From Methanotrichaceae archaeon (GTDB lineage Archaea; Halobacteriota; Methanosarcinia; Methanotrichales; Methanotrichaceae): DNA of 64,000 bases. The notes beneath the pieces were generated by a model, which was given only the letters and a program-made list of their open reading frames with translations, was not told where the DNA came from and searched no databases. This document shows, piece by piece, positions 39,591 to 49,000 of this stretch. The stretch lies in contig CAVWIG010000007.1 of assembly GCA_963754945.1 (NCBI GenBank), forward strand, positions 1 through 64,000. Direction: 5' to 3'. A program made the translations under genes and the position numbers. The first letter of the stretch is position 1; each line of letters starts with the position of its first letter.

Positions 39591-40263
39591 CGCAAAGACG
39601 GCTAGCTGGGAGATCTATTCGAACCTGAAGGCTCGATCTCCCATAGTAGCACGGGCGGACGGCCGTGGCTTCAAGAAAATCCTGGAGAGCTGCGAAAAAC
39701 CGTACGATATGGATTTTGCCCGTTCGATGGTAGATGCGACAGTCAAGCTCTTCGAAGATTCTGGATTGGCGCCATCCTTTGCCTTCACGTTCTCAGATGA
39801 GATCAGCCTGATCTTTCTAGAGGCGCCCTTTGCTGGGAGGGTGGAAAAGATAGACTCCGTCATAGCGGGTCTCCTCTCAGGCGCGCTCTCGATGGCATTG
39901 GGGCGCGTGGTCTCCTTGGACTGCAGGGTTGTATCAGTTTGTGGGGCTGAGATCGTCGAGTACCTCACAGACCGACAAGATGAGACGTGGAGGAATCACG
40001 TCTTTTCCTACGGGTTCTACACGCTATTGAAGGATGGGTTGACCAACACACAGGCCATGGAGCAACTCAGGAATATGCGGGAGTTCGAGATCCACGAGCT
40101 TGTTTTCAAAAAAGGAGTCAACTTGGCCAAGACTCCTGCCTGGGAGCGTCGAGGAGTGCTGGTTTATAGAATGAGCGATGAGCTTGTCCAGAACTGGGAC
40201 CTGCCGCTTTTCAAGTCGGAGGAAGGCCGTATATTAATCGATCGATTAATCATAGGCAACTAG
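39577..40263 (+). CDS. thg1: tRNA(His) guanylyltransferase Thg1
   Basis: ARADGRGF, FTFSDEISL, GRVEKIDS, DCRVV, RQDETWRN and PAWERRG. Confidence 0.92.
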   Translation: MQRNSAKTASWEIYSNLKARSPIVARADGRGFKKILESCEKPYDMDFARSMVDATVKLFEDSGLAPSFAFTFSDEISLIFLEAPFAGRVEKIDSVIAGLLSGALSMALGRVVSLDCRVVSVCGAEIVEYLTDRQDETWRNHVFSYGFYTLLKDGLTNTQAMEQLRNMREFEIHELVFKKGVNLAKTPAWERRGVLVYRMSDELVQNWDLPLFKSEEGRILIDRLIIGN

Positions 40264-40284
40264 ACTTCTTGTACTGCACGGCAG

Positions 40285-40926
40285 TTAACCTTTCAGTTCA
40301 TCCCGTGCAATGTGGTGCTCTCCCTCGCTGTCGTGGACAATGCAGGCTCCACTCTTCGTAGGACTGCCTCTCTCGAAATCCGTGTACCTTTCCAGAAGGG
40401 CAATGGCCTCCTGGATCTCAGTTATGCTTCTATTTATCACCTGGGCTGCAATCCTCTCCGCCTCGTCTGAGTCGATCTTCTTGCCCAAGCCTCTGCATTC
40501 CGAGCAGCGTAGTGTTCCTTCATCGAGATAAAAGGGATAAGTCTTGCATAGCATTGGCCGTGACTGATAGATTTTGCATCCCTTTATGGAGTGGAACTTG
40601 CATGATTCTCCATCCTTTTTTATTCGCCACTCCAGGGTATGGAAATTTCCCCGGCTATCCCATTCACCGATTTTGGGAGGCTCTACGGCATCCAGCCAAC
40701 CCATGACCGTTGCGGCTAGAATTTTCCTGATCTCAAAGGGGAAGAGGACCACACTGTTATCCGCTCCGGCACAGCAATCTCCACAGCGGAGACACTCAAA
40801 ACCGATGGCCCTGATCTGAGAGGCTACATGCTCGATCGAGACCCTTTTTGCTGCTTCTAGGCTTTTGCGTAGTTCTTCTTGCCGCTCATCCCTCAGCTTT
40901 TTTGAGTTCTGCTTTTCGCCGATCAT
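40285..40926 (-). CDS. YkgJ/FliB-family Cys-cluster protein
   Basis: FECLRCGDCC and CKIYQSRPMLCKTYPF. ATG at 40926 overlaps the guaAA stop codon. Confidence 0.88.
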   Translation of the reverse strand: MIGEKQNSKKLRDERQEELRKSLEAAKRVSIEHVASQIRAIGFECLRCGDCCAGADNSVVLFPFEIRKILAATVMGWLDAVEPPKIGEWDSRGNFHTLEWRIKKDGESCKFHSIKGCKIYQSRPMLCKTYPFYLDEGTLRCSECRGLGKKIDSDEAERIAAQVINRSITEIQEAIALLERYTDFERGSPTKSGACIVHDSEGEHHIARDELKG

Positions 40927-41480
40927 TTTTTGCACAGCTCGATGAAATTGCCGAGAAGCTTCTGTCCGTGCTCGGTGTGGACGACCTCGGGATGCCACTG
41001 GACGCCGTACAAAGGTCTATTGACATGCTTCATGGCCTCAATCTTGCAGACATTGGACCTGGCTAGAACTTCGAAATCCAATGGCAACTCCACAACCTGA
41101 TCTGCGTGGGATGCCCAGGTCTTGAAGGTCTTGGGCAGGCCCTTGAGTATGTCATTCTCTTTGACAACCTCGACCTGAACCTCTGCGTATCCTCCTATGG
41201 CTCCGGGAGCGACCCGGCCTCCGAAGGTTGTTCCCATGAGCTGCAAGCCCAGACAGATGCCCATTACGGGAATGTCAAGCTCTTTAAGATAATCGGCACA
41301 CCTGCCTGCACGCTCTAGGGTTGGTCCGCCGCCGAGGATGAGGCCGTCTGCTTCGATATCCTCCGGCGGGGTCTGATTTGAGATCAGCTTGCTCTCCACA
41401 AAGTCCCTGATGCTCCTGACTATAAGATGGTTGAACTGCCCGTAGTTGTTGACCACAAGTATGCGCATTAGCACCTTCAT
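40923..41480 (-). CDS. guaAA: GMP synthase subunit A (glutamine amidotransferase)
   Basis: NNYGQFNHLI, GICLGLQ, SHADQV and GVQWHPEV. Confidence 0.93.
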   Translation of the reverse strand: MKVLMRILVVNNYGQFNHLIVRSIRDFVESKLISNQTPPEDIEADGLILGGGPTLERAGRCADYLKELDIPVMGICLGLQLMGTTFGGRVAPGAIGGYAEVQVEVVKENDILKGLPKTFKTWASHADQVVELPLDFEVLARSNVCKIEAMKHVNRPLYGVQWHPEVVHTEHGQKLLGNFIELCKK

Positions 41481-41857
41481 GCCCGTTATGAAGATATATT
41501 TTATGGCTCTGTGGCAGGTATCAGATTACTCCTCGGTCCGGAGACGTCAGTGTATATCGCTTCAAGATGTAGCAGTAAGTCTTCACAAGAAGGCTAAGTC
41601 CTACAAAGGGCAAAGTTTTATACGAAACAGAGTCTATTATTTAGTTATGAAATTAGTTATGATCTAAGCCAGACTAGTACTCAAGGTACGGCTATCGATG
41701 TCTTCCTAAATAGTCAATCTGTGATTGACAAAAATAATGCAGAGCTAAGTCAAGATCGTTTCCTATGAAGGAGTACTACGACCAGGTTCCACACAAGACC
41801 TAGAAAGAATTCACATGAACCACTTAGCTGAAAAAGCAGTTGATAAGGCTTCAACGT

Positions 41858-42946
41858 TAGGACTTACGCAGTTGAATCTTTCGACAATGAATAATAAGGA
41901 TATTTTATATATTCGCGAATTGACTCGCGAATAATTCTTCGCTTAGATTCGAACCAACTTATTCCTATTCTAAGCCTTTCTACTTCTAATCTGAGAAACG
42001 CTCTCAGGGAGAACATTATGTGTGCTCTCTGGGACTGACTTTTTCTTGCTTGACAGCTTTCGACTCCACAGAATTGCTTTATGCCTCTGTGATATTCCTC
42101 AATCTTCCAGGAATATCCACCAAATTTTTCGCGTTTAGCTTCGTCTATCTCCAGCACGTCAGTTGCCCAGTATCCTATGTCACCGTCATTAGAGACTATC
42201 CGGAATACTTTTATAAAACCATAAGCTTTTAAATGCACTTCCCTGCCTTGCAGCGGTATCTCTATCTCCTGAATTTGCATATTTTTGGTGTTATTCGGAT
42301 TCACTAGCCTATTTTTCTTCAATCGGGTCAGCCAGTGCCATCCAGACTTTCGTATGGTTTTGAGATTATCTACACTGGCATACCAGCTATCGAAGAGAAC
42401 AATACAGGGCTGAAAACGCCGTTCTTTTGCTTTGGCAAGCATATCTCGAAAATGATCATTTTTTGTCTTGCCGTCGACATCTATATCGTAGATTCGGAAA
42501 TCAACGGGAATTATAGCGTTTCCATCTGTCCACAGCAACGTACAAATATTGATTCCATTCACCAATCGATGCTGTTTTCCACTCCATTGATGATAGACTA
42601 GGCTCATATTTTTAGCATATGGCTTGTCCAACGTCGTATCGTCAATAACCAAGAAACCATTTTGAGGCTGAACAATATCCTTTACCTCATTCCACAACGT
42701 ATCCGTATCTGGAGGCTGTCTTTGTAGAAGACGGGTAAATGCATCATGCGATGGACTATTTTCTCCTACTGGCTGGCACCTTGCAGCCTCAGTACAGGTA
42801 AAAACATCTACTGATGCTATCAGAAAGTGAATATAATCAAGATCATCGCACTTGGAAGGATTCAAGTTCAGCCCTATCCCATTTATTTGTTGGTATTAAT
42901 ATAGCATATGCAATATAAGAAGATTCTGCCAAGTGCGTAAGTCCTA
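41858..42946 (-). mobile_element. IS701-family insertion sequence (1089 bp)
   Basis: Perfect 13-bp TIRs TAGGACTTACGCA / TGCGTAAGTCCTA, with a 5-bp TSD AACGT at 41853-41857 and 42947-42951. Confidence 0.92.
41864..42865 (-). CDS. IS701-family transposase
   Basis: SHDAFTRLL, VIDDTTLDKPYA, LFDSWYAS and WKIEEYHRGIKQ. The stop codon lies inside the TIR. Confidence 0.92.
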   Translation of the reverse strand: MNPSKCDDLDYIHFLIASVDVFTCTEAARCQPVGENSPSHDAFTRLLQRQPPDTDTLWNEVKDIVQPQNGFLVIDDTTLDKPYAKNMSLVYHQWSGKQHRLVNGINICTLLWTDGNAIIPVDFRIYDIDVDGKTKNDHFRDMLAKAKERRFQPCIVLFDSWYASVDNLKTIRKSGWHWLTRLKKNRLVNPNNTKNMQIQEIEIPLQGREVHLKAYGFIKVFRIVSNDGDIGYWATDVLEIDEAKREKFGGYSWKIEEYHRGIKQFCGVESCQARKSQSQRAHIMFSLRAFLRLEVERLRIGISWFESKRRIIRESIREYIKYPYYSLSKDSTA

Positions 42947-43036
42947 AACGTGAAAAAAAGCTACTTAAATCCTGGTTGTTAAGTCAGTGGTATGGATCTG
43001 TTGAGTGTAACCGGAATAGTGAAAGGAGAGTGAGGT

Positions 43037-46000
43037 ATGTCAAATCCTAAAGAGAGGACTCTATTTAATAAAGACTATAAAAAATTAAATATGCATAGGT
43101 ATAACGATTTATTGCTTCTATCATCCGTGATAGCTATTTTTGGGATTCTGCTAGCCCTATCTGTCTCGGCTCAGCCGGCACTCGATAACTTATCATTGCC
43201 CGGTTCTGCCGCCTCTGTTGGGGGACCAACCAACTTGCCGCCGATAGCCGAGAGCTTGACGCCTGACAAGCCAAGCGGACAGGGTGTGGCCGGAGATGCG
43301 ATAACATGGACCGCTAAGGCAACCGATCCAGAACCGGAGGATCAGCTGCTGTACATGTTCAGACTCAATGGGCCATCGACGGATAATACTTGGAAGGATG
43401 TAACAAAATGGGGAGACAATAATAGCTGGGTATGGCAGACTTCCGATGTGGGCGCAGGCCAATACCAGATAGAGGTCTGGGTAAGGGATGGAAAGCACGC
43501 CGGAAGCGAAGGCTACGACGCCAAGATGTCCGCGAGCTACACGCTATCGGCTCCTGAAAAGAAAATCTCCCAGGCACCACAGCAGATTGCCCCTCCCGGA
43601 CAGGTTACGCAGCAACCCAGCACACCAACTCAACCAACAAATGCGCCGCAGGTAGAGAACAAGCCACCGAAATTGACTGATCTGCGACCCGACAAGGCCA
43701 GCGCACAGGCCGGTCAAGTAATAACCTGGACTGCCATGGCAACCGATCCGGAACCGGCAGACCAGTTGCTCTACAAGTTCTGGCTGACTGGGCCTTCGAC
43801 CAGCGGCCAGATTGTGGATAAAACCGGCTGGATACCTGACAATACCTGGACTTGGACTACAACATCAGACGACGTGGGAAACAACCAGGTCGAGGTCTGG
43901 GTGAGGGATGGAAATAATGCTGGCGAGAATAGCTTCGACGATAAATTATCTAGGACGTTTGTTGTAGAATCCGCTCCTTCAGAGATACCAGTTAAGGTTC
44001 CCCCTGGAATACCTGCACCCGGCCCGGTGGTCCCAGCACCAGCAACGCCGACACCCGGACCAATTGTCAACAACATGCCGCCTGTTTTGAGCGGCCTAGC
44101 TCCCGATAAATCCAGTGTGGAGGCTGGAGCCAATGTGATCTGGACGGCTACAGCCTCCGATCCGGAGAGCGACCCGTTGGTCTACAAGTTCTTCTTGAAG
44201 GGTCCAGCAACCGGCGGCCAACTGGCTGAAAAGACTGCCTGGGTATCAGACAACACCTGGACATGGACTACCACGCCAGCCGATGCCGGCCAAAACCAGG
44301 TTGAAGTCTGGGTGAGAGACAACAAGCACGCCGGACCAGATAGCAAGGACGACAGCGCGGACGCATCCGTCGCTGTGACCAAACCGAATCAAAAGCCCAC
44401 CATAACAGGGCTGTCTCCAGACAAAGCTAGCGCAGAGGCAGGCTCTACTGTGACCTGGACTGCAGTCGCAACAGATCCCGAGAACGACCCGTTGGTCTAC
44501 AAGTTCTTCTTGAAGGGACCAGCAACCGGCGGCCAACTTGCCGAAAAGACTGCCTGGATATCCGACAACACCTGGACATGGACTACCACGCCAGCCGATG
44601 CCGGCCAAAACCAGGTTGAAGTCTGGGTGAGAGACAACAAGCACGCCGGACCAGATAGCAAGGACGACAGCGCGGACGCATCCGTCGCTGTGACCAAACC
44701 GAATCAAAAGCCCACCATAACAGGGCTGTCTCCAGACAAAGCTAGTGCAGAGGCAGGCTCTACTGTGACCTGGACGGCTACAGCCTCCGATCCGGAGAAC
44801 GACCCGTTGGTCTACAAGTTCTTCTTGAAGGGTCCTGCAACCGGCGGCCAACTGGCTGAAAAGACTGCCTGGGTATCAGACAACACCTGGACCTGGACTA
44901 CCACACCAGCCGATGCCGGCCAAAACCAGGTCGAGGTCTGGGTAAGGGACGGCAATCATGCAGGGACAGAAGGGTTCGACGCCAACTTGGTCGTCAACTA
45001 TGAGTTAACTCAGCCAGCCCCCAAACCAACGACCCTCGTTTTGCCAGTCCAGGCACCAACTAATATCACTCCCGCTGGAAATGCGATTCCAACGCCGGCG
45101 GTCGTCAACAAGCCTCCAGTGGTGAACAGCCTAACACCAGACAAAACCAGTCCTCAGCTTGCCGGAACAGCAATAACCTGGACCGCAGTCGCAACCGATC
45201 CTGAAAAAGAAGACACAATCCTCTACAAGTTCTTCCTGAAGGGACCCAGCACCGGAGACCAGTGGTCTCAAGTAGCCGATTGGGGAACTGACAGCTTCTG
45301 GGCCTGGAACACTTCTGCAAAGGACATTGGCGATAACCAGGTACAGGTATGGGTAAGAGACGGAAAGAACGCTGGTCCCGATGGCGAGGACGCTAGTTTG
45401 GTCTCGAACGTCTTCGTCATAAATGCGCCGAAACCAAAGCCTCCAGTACAGCCTCTTGTGCCCGAGGTCCAACCTGTAACAATACACGCTAACATAACGC
45501 CTGCGGAGAACAAGCCGCCGGTGATCAACAGCCTGACGCCCGATCAACCCAGCCCGCAGTACGCAGGAGCGGTAGTAACCTGGACGGCTGCAGCAACGGA
45601 CCCTGAGAACGATCCGTTGCTCTACAAGTTCTTCTTAAACGGACCCGCGACAGGAAATCAGTGGAAGGAGCAGACCGGTTGGGTCTCTGAAAACATCTGG
45701 CGCTGGACAACATCTTCGAAGGATGTAGGTAGCAACCAGGTTATGGCGTCAGTCAGGGACAACAAACACGCCGGTCCAGAGGGTTCAGCCGGCAACGTCA
45801 CTGTGGATTACGTCATCAATGCTACAGCTCCGGCGCCATTGCCAAAGCCCATCGAGGTTGACAAGCCACCAGTTGTGAACAGCATAACGCCAGACAAAAC
45901 CAGCCCACAGTATGCAGGGACGGTAGTTACCTGGACTACTACAGCATTCGATCCGGAGAACGATCCTCTGGTTTACAAGTTCTTCCTAAAGGGGCCCAGC

Positions 46001-49000
46001 ACCGGCAATAATTGGGCACAGAAGACAGAGTGGGGCCCAGACAGCACCTGGATATGGAATACTACCTCCAAGGACGTTGGCGCTAACCAGGTAAGAATCT
46101 GGGTCAGGGACGGCAAACACGCTGGCCCGGAGGGTTCGGACAGCAACGCCACAGCGGATTATACCATAAATGCAACCGCGCCAACGCCAAAGCCCATCGA
46201 GGTTAACAAGCCACCGGTGGTGGACAGCCTCACGCCAGACAAAACCGGCCCACAGTTCGCAGGAACGGTAGTAACCTGGAAGGCTGTCGCAACCGATCCA
46301 GAGAATGATCCTCTGCTCTACAAGTTCTTCCTGAGCGGACCTGTCACGGGGGATAAGTGGACAGAGGAGACAAAATGGGTCTCCGGCAACACATGGGTCT
46401 GGCCGACTTCTGCTAAGGACGTGGGGCCCAACCAGGTAAGAGTCTGGGTAAGAGACGGTAAGCACGCTGGTACGGACAGCTCGGACAGCAACGCTACGGC
46501 GAATTATACCATCAACGCCACAGCACCGGCACCATTGCCAAAACCAGCACCTATCGAGGTCAATAAACCTCCAGCAGTGACCAGTCTGGCACCAGACAAA
46601 ACCAGTCCTCAATATGCAGGCACTGTCGTGACCTGGAAGACCATCGCAACCGACCCAGAGAACGACCCCCTGGTCTACAAGTTCTTCCTAAAGGGGCCCA
46701 ACACCGGCAACAATTGGGCGCAGAAGACAGAGTGGATCCCAGAGAGCACCTGGATATGGAATACTACGACTAAGGACGTTGGCGCTAACCAGGCAAGGGT
46801 CTGGGTCAGAGATGGTAAACACGCTGGACCAGAAGGCTCGGACAGCAACGCCACAGTCGATTACACCATAAATGCAACCGTGCCGGCGCCGAAGCCCAAA
46901 CCGCCTGTCATCAATGAGACTAAACCGCCTGCAGTCAACGAGACAAAGCCAGCGCCAATCAATGTGACGCCAGCGATCAACGTTACTCCGGCAAAGCCTG
47001 CTCTGGCCCCTACAGCAACGGTCAACCTTCCTCCTGTGGCGAATAGCATCGTTCCGGACAAGCTCAGCCCACAGACTCCGGGCACATCCATAATCTGGAC
47101 TGCCAATGCCACCGACCCGGAGAAGGACAAAATACTCTACAGGTTCTTCCTCAACGGGCCCTCAACTGGGGGGTCCTGGAAGGCCGAGACTGATTGGTCG
47201 AATGCTGGCTCCTGGACGTGGACCACTTCCAAATCCGACGTGGGCTCCAACCAGGTCAGAGTGTGGGTGAGGGACGGCAATCACTCCAAGGAGGACAGCT
47301 TCGACGGCGAACAGGTCGCCTTGTTCACCATCAAGGAGGTTTCGAGGAACATCTCAGGAGTGAAGTTCAACGACTTAAACGGTAACGGTGTAAAGGATTC
47401 GGGCGAGCCAGGGCTGGTTGGCTGGACGATCAAGCTGACCATGCCAAGCGGCAGCGAAGTCAGCACCCTCTCCGGTCAGGACGGATCTTACAGGTTCGAG
47501 AACCTAGCGCCAGGAGCTTACACTGTGAGTGAGGTCTCGCAGGCAGGCTGGTCGGCCACAGCTCCCGTGGGCGGATCACAAAAAGTCACCTTGGCAAGCT
47601 CCGATGTGAGCGACATGAACTTTGGAAACAAAGCTGTCACGTTCTCAATTTCAGGAAAGAAGTTCAACGACCTGAACGACAATGGAATAAATGACGGAGA
47701 ACCTGGGCTTGCCGGCTGGACTATCAACCTGGAGCAGCCCGCCGGAAAAGTGATCAAGACCGTGATCACTGCCGCGGACGGCTCGTATAAATTCGAGAAC
47801 CTGACTCCAGGAGATTACGCATTGAGCGAGGTTGCCCAGAAAGGATGGACGCAGACAGCACCATCCGGTGGGTCCTACTCCGTCAGCGTGAAAGACGCTG
47901 ATGTAACAGGTAAGGACTTCGGCAACAACGCCGGTTCCTGGTCGATCACTGGTACGGCATTCCAGGATCTTAACGGCAACGGAAAGAAGGATGCTGGTGA
48001 CCCAGGCTTGGTAGGATGGAAGATCCAGCTATCCCAGAACGGCAATGTGGTCAACGTCACCGACACAGGAGCCGACGGCTCTTATGCCTTCAGAAAACTG
48101 GCTCAGGGAACGTACACCCTCAGCGAGGTGCCCCAGAGCGGCTGGGTCCAGACCCTCCCTGCCAGCGGCTCTTACTCGGTGAATCTGAAGAACGCCGACG
48201 TTTCAGGCATGGACTTCGGCAACAAGGGCAACCTGTCCATCTCGGGCATGAAGTACTACGATCTGAACGGCAACGGAGTGCAGGACAAGGACGAACCCGG
48301 AATCCCGGGACAGACCGTTACTCTGCTTGAGAATGGCAAAGAGATAGCCACTACCACCACAGGGCAGGATGGAGGATACACCTTCAACAACTTGGTACAG
48401 GGAACCTACACCGTCAACGATCCACCATCGGGTGGCTTCGTCCTAACAACTACATCATCGATTACGGTGACCGTCACGACGTCGGTGGTACTACACGCTA
48501 GCTTTGGACTGACGGGAACCCACTCCATATCAGGGGTGAAGTTCAACGATGTCAACGGCAACGGCGTGATGGATTCGGGTGAGCCCGGCGTACCCGGATG
48601 GGGCATGGTGCTGGACGGGACCACGGCCCTCTTTGGGATCCACATTACCCGCACCGTCAACACAGCCTCCGACGGCTCGTACATCTTCGACCACCTCGTC
48701 CCTGGCACGTACAAGATCAGCGAGCTATCGAGGCCAGGATGGACACAGACGCTTCCATCCGGTACTGGAACCTACACTGTCAACCTCGGAGGTAGCGATG
48801 TTGCCAACAAGAACTTCGGCAACCGGGTTGTGAATCCGCCCGGCACGGCTTCCATCTGGGGCATGAAGTTCAATGACCTAGACAACAATGGGGTAAACAA
48901 TGGCGATCCCGGCTTGCCGGGATGGACCATAGTTCTGAAAAACACCATCACGACCGCGACCAGCACCACGACCACCGACGCCCAGGGCTGGTACAGCTTC

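Noticed and set aside
44150-46870. Repeats in the giant gene as a diversity-generating retroelement TR/VR pair
   Set aside because: The differences are not adenine-specific, all copies are coding tandem domains, and there is no reverse transcriptase.
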